Below are positions 17,321 through 25,733 of a stretch of 38,049 bases of DNA, in pieces; position 1 is the stretch's first letter, and each line of letters opens with the position of its first letter. The translations under genes were made by a program, and so were the position numbers. Source of the stretch: Candidatus Dormiibacterota bacterium (lineage in GTDB: Bacteria; Patescibacteriota; Saccharimonadia; Saccharimonadales; UBA4665); the NCBI GenBank assembly GCA_035648575.1, contig DASRLG010000041.1, positions 1-38,049 on the forward strand, in the 5' to 3' direction. The notes under the pieces were generated by a model, which made no database searches, had not been told where the DNA came from, and saw only the letters and a list, made by a program, of their open reading frames with translations.

Positions 17321-17332
17321 GCACCGGGGAAT

Positions 17333-17461
17333 TTATTGACTGCCTAGCTTTTCCTTGCGGCTTAATTTGCGTTCCATGCGGTGGATGAAATCGTGCTTAG
17401 CGTGTTTGCTATCCCATTTATCGAATTGTTCCATTAAGGCTTCGGCTTCTTCGCTAGACAT
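17333..17461 (-). CDS. Small ORF, 42 aa, charged helical peptide
   Basis: Below the ORF-track cutoff. ATG at 17461 is preceded by AAGGAG with 7-nt spacing. Translation: MSSEEAEALMEQFDKWDSKHAKHDFIHRMERKLSRKEKLGSQ. Confidence 0.45.
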   Translation of the reverse strand: MSSEEAEALMEQFDKWDSKHAKHDFIHRMERKLSRKEKLGSQ

Positions 17462-17596
17462 GGCTAAACTCCTTTATCTTTATATTGTGATAGTAATTAT
17501 CAGGCTTATGGCTTAAATAATGCTGTAAACTTTTTCACTGGCGTTTGGTTAAAAAGGGCCGGGTATGCTGTAATAAGGCGATAACCACTCTGCAAA

Positions 17597-18472
17597 ATGA
17601 AAATTCTGAACAAGACCATAAATAAACTAGACAAATGGCAGCAACGGCACGGCTGGTCGGCGCTGACTTTCGCCGTCATCAAAAAATATAGCGATGACGA
17701 ATCTGGCAGACAGGCCGCTCTCCTGACTTACTACGGCTTTTTATCCCTGTTCCCGGTACTTTTGGTGCTGACGACGGTGACCAGCGTGATCGCCAGTAAG
17801 CATCCGGGCCTGCACGACGAAGTCATACGCAGCACTACCTCTTACTTCCCGGTGCTCGGCAACCAGCTGGCGAACCATATCAACACCTTGCACAAAAACG
17901 GCTGGGCGCTGGTAGTGGGTATTATGTTTACGCTCTACGGCACGCGCGGCGTGGCTGACGCTTTCCGGCGCGGCGTGCAACATATATGGCAGGTTCCCAA
18001 GAGCCAGCGCCTGACTTTCCCTAGGACGATTACGAATAGCTTGGCTATCATCGTGGTTGGCGGCACTGGCTTCGTAATTGCTTCTATCAGTACGGGGTTG
18101 GCGGCGGCTGCGGGTCATGGTCCGGCTTTTCGGCTGCTTTCGGTGGCCGTCAACCTGTTCATACTCTTCTGGCTGTTTACTTTCCTGCTTAACGCCTGCC
18201 TGCCCCGCCACGTACCGGTCAAAGATACCAGGTCCGGCGCGCTGGCGGCCGCTATCGGATTAGTAATCCTGCAGGCCTTGGGCGGCTACCTGCTGAAAAC
18301 CGAACTTAAAAGGCTTGACGCCCTGTACAGCTATTTCGCTATCGCGCTGGGACTCCTGTTCTGGATCTATTTCCAGGCCAGGTTGCTCTATTACGCCGTG
18401 ACGCTGTCTGCCGTCCGTGCCCAGCACCTCTGGCCGCGCAGCTTCAATGATAAGAATGACGAATCAGGCTAA
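17597..18472 (+). CDS. YihY/BrkB (virulence factor BrkB / former RNase BN) family membrane protein
   Basis: AALLTYYGFLSLFPVLLVLTTV near the N-terminus and six hydrophobic segments are typical of the YihY family. Confidence 0.8.
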   Translation: MKILNKTINKLDKWQQRHGWSALTFAVIKKYSDDESGRQAALLTYYGFLSLFPVLLVLTTVTSVIASKHPGLHDEVIRSTTSYFPVLGNQLANHINTLHKNGWALVVGIMFTLYGTRGVADAFRRGVQHIWQVPKSQRLTFPRTITNSLAIIVVGGTGFVIASISTGLAAAAGHGPAFRLLSVAVNLFILFWLFTFLLNACLPRHVPVKDTRSGALAAAIGLVILQALGGYLLKTELKRLDALYSYFAIALGLLFWIYFQARLLYYAVTLSAVRAQHLWPRSFNDKNDESG

Positions 18473-18667
18473 ATAATTACGCCACCATACCCGGGGCTTG
18501 CCGGCCGCTCGTGTACGGGTTGTCTGTGTACTGCTCATAATGCCACCTCCTATCTCTTTTCCGAACTCACTTTTCCATCGTAAACCCCCTGCCCCAGGAG
18601 CGCTGTTAATTTTCCTACAATCAAACTCCCAGTCTTGCGGGACTCGTTTTGGTGCTATTGTTGTAAT

Positions 18668-19132
18668 ATGTTTCTAACAAAAATCTTTGGCCAGATCAAA
18701 GAAGTTCAGCAACTACGTGAAGTTGGCCAAGTCATTAAATCTATTCCTCCTGATACGAAATACGTTACAGTCATCACCGCTATACCAGTCGTCGACCCTT
18801 CGTCTTTAAAAGAGAGGATAGTGCCATCTTCAAAAAACGCTACAGTCGGCTACCTATCACATAACGGCGTTAGCCTAACGTTATCAAATGAAACAGGAGC
18901 TATTTTCAGCGTGCCGCTCTCGCAAATAGTAAATGTTACCCCATTCGTAGTGCAGGGCGACTATTTTTTCGTAACCTTACAGACTGGCGGGTGGTATTTA
19001 GGCCAAGCTGTAGGCGTAAAACGGGACGAGCGTACTAATTACCAAACCTTTGATTCAGCGGGCGGGCCTACAGATGCCAGCGGCGGTTGGTTGCGTGAAT
19101 TTTCTAATTTCGGTGTAACTTCTCAGAATTGA
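18668..19132 (+). CDS. Hypothetical protein, visibly lower GC than its neighbours
   Basis: ATG at 18668 (MFLTKIFGQIKE...); the track start at 18635 is TTG. No motif recognised. It abuts the 3' end of tRNA-Arg. Confidence 0.55.
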   Translation: MFLTKIFGQIKEVQQLREVGQVIKSIPPDTKYVTVITAIPVVDPSSLKERIVPSSKNATVGYLSHNGVSLTLSNETGAIFSVPLSQIVNVTPFVVQGDYFFVTLQTGGWYLGQAVGVKRDERTNYQTFDSAGGPTDASGGWLREFSNFGVTSQN

Positions 19133-19140
19133 AATCTGCT

Positions 19141-19217
19141 TGGTACACCCGGCAGGATTCGAACCTACGACCTTTGGCTCCGCAAGCCAACGCTCTATCC
19201 AGCTGAGCTACGGGTGC
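19141..19217 (-). tRNA. tRNA-Arg (anticodon GCG), CCA encoded
   Basis: The reverse complement is GCACCCG-TA-GCTC-AGCTGGATA-GAGC-G-TTGGC-TTGCGGA-GCCAA-AGGTC-GTAGG-TTCGAAT-CCTGC-CGGGTGT-A-CCA. It closely parallels the E. coli tRNA-Arg scaffold but has G34 instead of A34. Confidence 0.85.
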
Positions 19218-19381
19218 GTATACAACAGGGGTAATTCTAACACGTTATCTCCGTAAAAGCCAGTGCGATTATGCGGGCGGACCGCTAAAATCCATTTGGG
19301 CTTATCACGCCATGAGCAGTATTATTACAGGTGTACTCCCTATGCTAACATTTAAGCATTAGTACAAATGATACGGACCCC

Positions 19382-20683
19382 ATGCTAAAGACGTTTAAAC
19401 ACTACTACTTGAAAAGATCAAAACCATTCCAATACGCAAGTGCCGGCCTAACCATTCTATTAGTGGCTGCCCTGGGGACTTTGATATTAAATATCTCCCG
19501 CGCCGCCAGCCCCAATGTCGCCGTTAGTGCCACCAGCGGGACGCTAGCTAACGGCACTAACGTTAACCAATCCTGTTCCGGAGCCAGCGGCAGTAGCTGC
19601 GTGGTCTTTGGGCAGCCGCCGCCAATGGACGGTAATGTCGCTCTTTCGTTAATGAGCGCGGGCACGCCTTTTGCGCCAACCAGTTTTTGGAACACTATTT
19701 TGCCCAATAATACCCCCGTGAACCCGAACAACGCGGCCTATCTTAACGTCATTGCCTATAATCTATGCGGCGACCAGACAGCAGTACCCGAAACGCCGCC
19801 AACTCCCTGCCCGACATCGACACACTATGGTTTTTTGAATAGTTCGGCGTATAGCGCTCCGCTTTACGTCGTGCCGGCCAACCAGCCCTATGTACCGGTG
19901 ACGGACTATTGCGGTAACAATGCCACCTTTGTCAACGCGCTGGCCGGCGGCGTGCCTGTACCCACCGATGCTCATGGTGCTACCGGCAGTGACAGCGAAG
20001 TTGAGATCTATCAGCCCTCGACCGACAAATACTGGGATTTCTGGCGGTTTTCAAACGTCAATGGCAACTGGCAGGCCTGTTGGGGCGGTGTGATCAACAA
20101 TGTCTCGACCAGCAACGGTGTTTTTCCTAACAACCTAGGCGCGACGGCCACTAGCTTACCGTTAATTGGCGCTGATCCTAGAATTGAGGAGCTGCAAGCC
20201 GGACAAATTAACCATGTAATAGGCCTAACGATCGGCGACGCGTTCACTGCTGATTTAGCAAAGAACGTTATTCCAGCTAATGCCCCCGGGGCAACTGTCG
20301 GGTTTTCTTCACCGGCTACGCGGACGGATGGCGGCAGTACCGATCCTTTGGCAATACCCGAGGGGCTCCGTTTCAGGCTGCCCGCCAGTTTCGACCTAGC
20401 CGGCTATGCTTCCACGCACCCTCTCACTCCTGTTGCTATGGCCATTGCCGTAGCCGCCCAAAAGTACGGGTTTGTCGTAAACGACTCTTGCCCCCAGTCC
20501 TGCATAGGGATGCGTGTCGGTGATCCGACTGCTTATACTACGGCCGGCTTGCCCGACCCATACAGTAACGGACCGGGGGTAGGAGGAGTTGGTAATACTG
20601 GTCTGTTTGCGGGCGTTAACCCCGGCCAGATTATGAAGAACTTTCCGTGGGACCAATTAGAAGCATTGCCGTTCAATTATTAA
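19382..20683 (+). CDS. Secreted or membrane-anchored hypothetical protein (433 aa)
   Basis: N-terminal anchor/signal [29 protein letters not shown]. The remainder is Asn/Gly/Pro-rich. No catalytic motif recognised. Confidence 0.75.
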   Translation: MLKTFKHYYLKRSKPFQYASAGLTILLVAALGTLILNISRAASPNVAVSATSGTLANGTNVNQSCSGASGSSCVVFGQPPPMDGNVALSLMSAGTPFAPTSFWNTILPNNTPVNPNNAAYLNVIAYNLCGDQTAVPETPPTPCPTSTHYGFLNSSAYSAPLYVVPANQPYVPVTDYCGNNATFVNALAGGVPVPTDAHGATGSDSEVEIYQPSTDKYWDFWRFSNVNGNWQACWGGVINNVSTSNGVFPNNLGATATSLPLIGADPRIEELQAGQINHVIGLTIGDAFTADLAKNVIPANAPGATVGFSSPATRTDGGSTDPLAIPEGLRFRLPASFDLAGYASTHPLTPVAMAIAVAAQKYGFVVNDSCPQSCIGMRVGDPTAYTTAGLPDPYSNGPGVGGVGNTGLFAGVNPGQIMKNFPWDQLEALPFNY

Positions 20684-20719
20684 GGCGGCTGGCCTCCCTG
20701 CTATAATTTCACTGGCCGG

Positions 20720-20809
20720 GGAGAGATGACCGAGTGGTTGAAGGTGCTGCTCTCGAAAAGCAGTGTACCGGCAACGGTACCGTGGGTTCGAATCCCACTC
20801 TCTCCGCCA
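20720..20809 (+). tRNA. tRNA-Ser (anticodon CGA), CCA encoded
   Basis: GGAGAGA...CTGCT-CTCGAAA-AGCAG, a long variable arm, GTGGG-TTCGAAT-CCCAC, TCTCTCC-G-CCA. TATAAT at 20703-20708 lies 11 nt upstream. Confidence 0.9.
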
Positions 20810-20823
20810 CTTATCACGCGCAG

Positions 20824-22155
20824 TTATTGTATTAGTCGGGGCGGCTTAGGGCGCGGCGGGTTTTTGCCGATTGGCGGCAAAGGCTTTGACGTTGTCGATG
20901 ACGGACTTCCGTCCGGACCAGAAATCTCAGGAGCTGAAGTAGGCGGCTCTCGGTGTGGCGCCAGCCGTAAATTACCAGTGTCCGCTGGCGAATCACCGGG
21001 TTTAGAGCCGGTCTCCTTAGGTGTTTTGCCTCGAGCTGATGGCTTATCATTACGTTGACGGCTCTTGAAGAGCACGATGAAAATCACTACCGCGGCCACT
21101 ATGAAAGCTATGCCGAACGGCAAATAATCCCGCACCAGTTGGGGTTCAAGCCGACGCATGAAATCACTGATCGGCTGTTTGAAATCACTGCCCAAAGCCC
21201 CTTTGACAGATATATTAGCAAACTTGTTCACCGAAGCGTCAGCCACAGCCTTAAGGACCACCAAAATCACTCCGGCAACCAGCAAAACAGCTCCGATTCG
21301 ACGCACGCCGCGCCGCCGTTCAGGTGCGATGAAGAAGATGCCTAGAGCGCTCAGCAAGGCCACACCGCTAAATATCAAAGGCAGCTTGAGGCCGAACTGG
21401 TAAGCCTTAGGCGCCCACGACAGTTTCTGGTAATAAGGCTGGCCCTGGCTGGTGCTGCTCGCCTGCCCCAACTGGTTCTGGTTCAGCGAGCTGGCCGTAA
21501 TAACCGGATTGCTCAGGAAGTCACTGCTATCGTTAACTTCCTGGGTGACCTGGGTGCCTTCGGTTTTGGGATCAACCGTCGATGGCCGGCAATTTACCGA
21601 CATCAAGTCAACCGGTATCGACAACTGGGCTAATTGCTGGGGGGAGCACACCGGCAGGGTCGCTAAACGAGTCTGGGCTGCCTGCCCCACCTGCTGGGCG
21701 AAACTTTGTTTGGCCGAGCTTAGGTCTATCTTGAAATCAGGGGTGGCCTTCTTGCCGGCCAGCCAGTCGTAGTTGCTGTTAATAAAGATGTTGACGCTCT
21801 GCCGGACCAGGTCGGGTGAAAAAGCGGCTTCAGCTGCCTGCTGGACAGTCGGGTCGCTCAGCGAAACCGAACCCGAGTTGCCGCCATCAGAGCTGGATTT
21901 CTCAGCCTGTTGGAGTACGGAAGCAGTCACATGATCATAAATCTTGCTGTTGGCCAGCAAACCTTCAAGCTTAGCCGGTGCCAACGCGTGATTAAGGTCT
22001 AAAACTCCAACGCCTCCTACGAGAGACACGAGCAACAAAAAAGCCAGAAAATGCACGAACCCCTTACGCAACCAAATCATTACCCCATTGTAGTCGAAAC
22101 CACCGATTTTGGGTACAGTTTCCCTGCCCGACAAAGTATTAAATGTAGACATCAT
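20824..22155 (-). CDS. Membrane protein with a Pro/Lys-rich C-terminal tail, co-operonic with the SGNH hydrolase
   Basis: Track ORF 20824..22170 starts at TTG. The ATG-ATG at 22155/22152 overlaps the upstream gene's end by 17 nt. N-terminal TM FVHFLAFLLLVSLVGGVGVL and three later TM segments. The tail is ...KPGDSPADTGNLRLAPHREPPTSAPE...PPRPKPPRLIQ. Confidence 0.7.
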   Translation of the reverse strand: MMSTFNTLSGRETVPKIGGFDYNGVMIWLRKGFVHFLAFLLLVSLVGGVGVLDLNHALAPAKLEGLLANSKIYDHVTASVLQQAEKSSSDGGNSGSVSLSDPTVQQAAEAAFSPDLVRQSVNIFINSNYDWLAGKKATPDFKIDLSSAKQSFAQQVGQAAQTRLATLPVCSPQQLAQLSIPVDLMSVNCRPSTVDPKTEGTQVTQEVNDSSDFLSNPVITASSLNQNQLGQASSTSQGQPYYQKLSWAPKAYQFGLKLPLIFSGVALLSALGIFFIAPERRRGVRRIGAVLLVAGVILVVLKAVADASVNKFANISVKGALGSDFKQPISDFMRRLEPQLVRDYLPFGIAFIVAAVVIFIVLFKSRQRNDKPSARGKTPKETGSKPGDSPADTGNLRLAPHREPPTSAPEISGPDGSPSSTTSKPLPPIGKNPPRPKPPRLIQ

Positions 22156-25030
22156 GAACTCGGCGGCCAATTAATTGGTTCATATAGAGGCCAAACATGA
22201 CCAGCGGCCAGAGCGCCAGCGGTACCACAATCCAAGGCAGCCAATTTATAACTCGTAACCGTGTGAGTGTTTTCGTGGTTGGCACGGCGCTCCGGGTAGG
22301 ATTAGCTATCGCGCCGCCGGGAACATATCCCGTTCCAAGAATATTATTATTCGGATTTTGTACGGCTGGCTGGACGGTTACCATAGGATTTTTAGCATTA
22401 ATAACAGATACAAAACTCGTAACGACGGTAGACAATTGTCCGCCCAAGCTGTTGCCGCCATTGCTGCTAGACCCCGTTCCGGCGCTTGGCAAATTACTGG
22501 ATCCGCCTGTGCCGTTTGAATCACCCTGCCCTACTGTCAGCGGTGGATTGATTGAACCGTCACAGGTATCATCAATGCCGTCATGATCACTATCCTGGAC
22601 GCTGTTAATGGCTCCCGGGCAGCTATCAACGGTATCGGCTATACCATCGCCGTCACTATCGTCATTACCAGCTGGTACATAAACGGGCTGTATGACGTCT
22701 ACCGGTTCGCCGGCTTGGCCTGCTCCAGTGATATTAATAGTGTGGCCGCCTGCGGGCGTATCCACTGGCAACGTAATGGCAGCCAAGATATCACCCGTAT
22801 TGCTGCTGATTACCGTTGCTAGTACCCGGCCATTAGCACCGTCTAACTTTACGGCGTAGGTAGTATTGGCCTTTAGGCCGTCCCGAGTGCCCGAAGCTTG
22901 AACCGACATACTTTCCCCAATCCGTATCACCCCTGTTGTTAAGCTGTCATCCGGCATCAAGGCATTAACTTGCCGACCCGACTTCGGGGCGTCCAAGAGG
23001 AGATGGCCGTCCGTACTGCTTGCCGCAGCCGGCGTCACCGCCAAATTATGCGTTTGCTCAAGAATCGCCTGCTCTATTAATTCCTGCCCCAGAGCGTTCG
23101 GATGGTAGCTTTCTTTGCCGAAGATACGGATTCCCAGAACACTGCCGTCATTCCCGGCCGTCAGTCCGTTGACCGCCACGTCATAACCGGCGGCTTCGCA
23201 CAGCCGATGACCGACCAGCGCCTGGCCGATGTCAACATAAGTCACGCCTGCCTTGGCGCTGGCCTGCCGAGTAGCATTATTAAGGTAATCTATCAGCTGT
23301 TCGGCAAATGCCAGCTCACTCTTATTCAAATGGACGTTCAATCCGCAATTGCCACCGGCTGCAGCGATTTGAGGATAACCTATGGCGAACATCCGTGTAC
23401 CGGGATCTTCGCTGGCCAGTTGTTTATATAAAGCCGCCCAGCGTGGCACCGTGCGGTCAATCAGCTGCGTTAGTTCCAAACGGTCCTCATAAGTGCCGTA
23501 GCAGGTATTATCGTTGCCGTGGAGGCTCACGTGGGGCGCCACGCAGTTTCTAACGATGTCCCCGAAACCGACATCATCGCCGCCGACCGAGATGGTCATA
23601 ATAGCCGGCTGGTATTGCCGCACGAACCATTGTTGCGACACGTAGCCGGGCAGGTACCCGGCCATAATTGAATTCAATAGCGCAGGTTGTGCCTGCTGCA
23701 GCTGGTTGAAGCTTGCCACTCCTCCCACCTGCCCCCGGTAATTCGAGCTGGTGCTACCAACATCGTTAATAACCGCGCCCGAACAGGCCACCGAATGGCC
23801 GCCATTGCTGCTGAAGAGAGCCCGAGTCAGCAGTAACGGGTAAGAGTTAATCGATAAATGGCACATATCGTCAGCCGTATCCGTCCCGGACAGGTAATCA
23901 AAAGCGCCCTCGCCGGAAGTGTACGAATCCCCCAGCCCCAAATAATCAATTAGCGATCCGATACTATCTCTGGGGGCTAGTTCATATGTACCGCCACCAG
24001 AACCGTTAATCCGGGCATCAAAACTCAACAAACCTTCATCAACGAACCGTAAATGCCGCAAAGCGTGAAAGCCGGCGATATGCTGCTGCACAAACGGCAT
24101 ATAGTCATGCATGGCGCACTTCTGGGGCTGCAGACCGACCACCACGCCGTCACAAGTCGAGAGATCATAAACCCGCAAAACCGAGGCGTCATCATTGTCA
24201 ATTGCCGCGTAACGTCCGTTATCACTGAGAGCTACCTGTGATTTAAGCAGCGCGGGGCTGCCAGTCATGCCGAAAGAAGGCGCGAAGGCCACCACGTCAA
24301 GCGTTGCCAGGTTAATCCGCACGAAAGACCCGTTCAGCGTTTCCACGACCAGCCAGCTCCCACCGTCCGAAAACGCCATTGTTTGAGGGTTGACCACCAG
24401 CAACTTACCAGCAGCGTCCTTGAATAACAGATCGGGCGGCGCCGTCAATTTCTTGCCGGTCAGCGTAAGAGAAGCATCGCGTTGGTCTTGCATGGAGGCC
24501 ACGGGGTTTCTATACAAACCAATATACGTTCCGCCGGTGCTAACCGGCTCAAGCACCACTAAACCTGACCCTTGGGGCCAGGGCACTGAACCTTGTTGGG
24601 GCGAATAAGGCAGCAGAGGTAAACCCTCGTCCGTACCGTTAAACACCGCCACGCCCCTATCGACATCCACTAACCCGAAAGCCGTCGCCCCGAAACAGCC
24701 AGTTTGCATGGTCGTGTTGCCCGGTAGTCGGTATTCCATTAGGCTGCAGTCAAGATTGCTCAAGAAATTCGGCTCGCGCTGGGCGCTATCGACGTCACCC
24801 ACCCTTTTTAAAGCCATACTGTTAGGCGAGGCCCAGCCGGTCACCGTATCGGCGCTGCCGGCTGCCTGGTTTAAGACCACGCAAAGCAGGCAGGTGAACA
24901 GCCAGGCCGCCGCTAACAGATACGCCAGTTGCCGCGCCAGCCATCGCCATTCTGATTTTGCTTGTCTCATAGACGCATAGACTATTGCCCGGAACACGTC
25001 CGCCGCAAGCATAAGCGGCCGCGAAATCAC
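22139..25030 (-). CDS. Surface-anchored SGNH/GDSL-family hydrolase with an N-terminal TM, a repeat-like beta domain, thrombospondin-type-3-like Ca-binding repeats and a C-terminal TM anchor (963 aa)
   Basis: Block I YLGLGDSYTSGEGA, block III-like ISVGGDDVGF, block V-like SYHPNALGQ. Asp-rich DDSDGDGIADTVDSCP...DSDHDGIDDTCD. Gly/Ser-rich linker. C-terminal helix WLPWIVVPLALWPLVMFGLYM followed by RR. The start is uncertain: GTG 25030, ATG 25012 or ATG 24970. Confidence 0.8.
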   Translation of the reverse strand: MISRPLMLAADVFRAIVYASMRQAKSEWRWLARQLAYLLAAAWLFTCLLCVVLNQAAGSADTVTGWASPNSMALKRVGDVDSAQREPNFLSNLDCSLMEYRLPGNTTMQTGCFGATAFGLVDVDRGVAVFNGTDEGLPLLPYSPQQGSVPWPQGSGLVVLEPVSTGGTYIGLYRNPVASMQDQRDASLTLTGKKLTAPPDLLFKDAAGKLLVVNPQTMAFSDGGSWLVVETLNGSFVRINLATLDVVAFAPSFGMTGSPALLKSQVALSDNGRYAAIDNDDASVLRVYDLSTCDGVVVGLQPQKCAMHDYMPFVQQHIAGFHALRHLRFVDEGLLSFDARINGSGGGTYELAPRDSIGSLIDYLGLGDSYTSGEGAFDYLSGTDTADDMCHLSINSYPLLLTRALFSSNGGHSVACSGAVINDVGSTSSNYRGQVGGVASFNQLQQAQPALLNSIMAGYLPGYVSQQWFVRQYQPAIMTISVGGDDVGFGDIVRNCVAPHVSLHGNDNTCYGTYEDRLELTQLIDRTVPRWAALYKQLASEDPGTRMFAIGYPQIAAAGGNCGLNVHLNKSELAFAEQLIDYLNNATRQASAKAGVTYVDIGQALVGHRLCEAAGYDVAVNGLTAGNDGSVLGIRIFGKESYHPNALGQELIEQAILEQTHNLAVTPAAASSTDGHLLLDAPKSGRQVNALMPDDSLTTGVIRIGESMSVQASGTRDGLKANTTYAVKLDGANGRVLATVISSNTGDILAAITLPVDTPAGGHTINITGAGQAGEPVDVIQPVYVPAGNDDSDGDGIADTVDSCPGAINSVQDSDHDGIDDTCDGSINPPLTVGQGDSNGTGGSSNLPSAGTGSSSNGGNSLGGQLSTVVTSFVSVINAKNPMVTVQPAVQNPNNNILGTGYVPGGAIANPTRSAVPTTKTLTRLRVINWLPWIVVPLALWPLVMFGLYMNQLIGRRVHDVYI

Positions 25031-25086
25031 CGAAGTTAAGGATTATTTAATCTGCCCTGATCCGCGCCGAGCTATATAATGGGGGT

Positions 25087-25479
25087 ATGGAAGATAGTAT
25101 TTTTACTAAGATCGTTAAGGGGGAGATTCCTTGTCATAAGATTTATGAGGATGATACGATCCTGGCCTTTCTGGATATTCATCCTAAGACGCCGGGGCAT
25201 ACGCTGGTGATACCTAAGAAGCAGGTAGAGTTCATCTGGGATCTGGAGGACAAAGATTATCAGATGCTGATGGCGGTGGCCAAAAAGGTGGCCTTGCGAA
25301 TTCGCGACGTCTTAGGCAGTTCTTATGTCGGCGAACTGGTCGTCGGAATTGACGTGCCGCATGCCCATATCCACGTTTACCCCTTTGAAACGATCGAAGA
25401 ATCCCGGTTCATACCCGACCCTAACGGCGAACCGGACCATGCGGCGCTGGCGGCGATGGCCCAAAAACTTGCCTTTTAG
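25087..25479 (+). CDS. HIT (histidine triad) family nucleotide hydrolase/transferase
   Basis: Histidine triad HAHIHVYP, N-terminal IFTKIVKGEIPCHKIYEDD, and PKTPGHTLVIPK. Confidence 0.9.
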   Translation: MEDSIFTKIVKGEIPCHKIYEDDTILAFLDIHPKTPGHTLVIPKKQVEFIWDLEDKDYQMLMAVAKKVALRIRDVLGSSYVGELVVGIDVPHAHIHVYPFETIEESRFIPDPNGEPDHAALAAMAQKLAF

Positions 25480-25496
25480 GCTACAATAGAACTGAT

Positions 25497-25673
25497 ATGG
25501 ATTTTCTCTATTCTCTTTTCTTCGGGGCTGGCGTGGCGGCTTTTTCGTACACCAGGATGGGTCGGCGGGTCGGCTATGGCAATAGCCAGAACGTCATAGT
25601 CGTCATCGGGGTTATATTTGTCCTGACCACGATTGTTTTCTTCACTATCCTGAGATTTATCCTCAACGTTTAA
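25497..25673 (+). CDS. Small two-TM membrane protein (58 aa)
   Basis: Below the track cutoff. Translation: MDFLYSLFFGAGVAAFSYTRMGRRVGYGNSQNVIVVIGVIFVLTTIVFFTILRFILNV. The hydrophobic-basic-hydrophobic layout is more convincing than the overlapping minus-strand ORF 25476..25814. No clear SD. Confidence 0.45.
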   Translation: MDFLYSLFFGAGVAAFSYTRMGRRVGYGNSQNVIVVIGVIFVLTTIVFFTILRFILNV

Positions 25674-25698
25674 ATAGCCGTTTAATACTAATTCGGGC

Positions 25699-25727
25699 TT
25701 GGATTTAGATCTGTTAGCTGATATTAT
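25699..25727 (+). promoter_or_regulatory. Candidate promoter TTGGAT-17-TATTAT ending 6 nt before the ATG at 25734
   Basis: Hexamers at 25699-25704 and 25722-25727. No SD in the 6-nt gap. Confidence 0.45.
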
Positions 25728-25733
25728 CAGGCT

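Noticed and set aside
20726-21058. 110-aa plus-strand ORF
   Set aside because: It starts inside tRNA-Ser(CGA) and runs antisense to the 3' end of the 20824-22155 membrane-protein gene.
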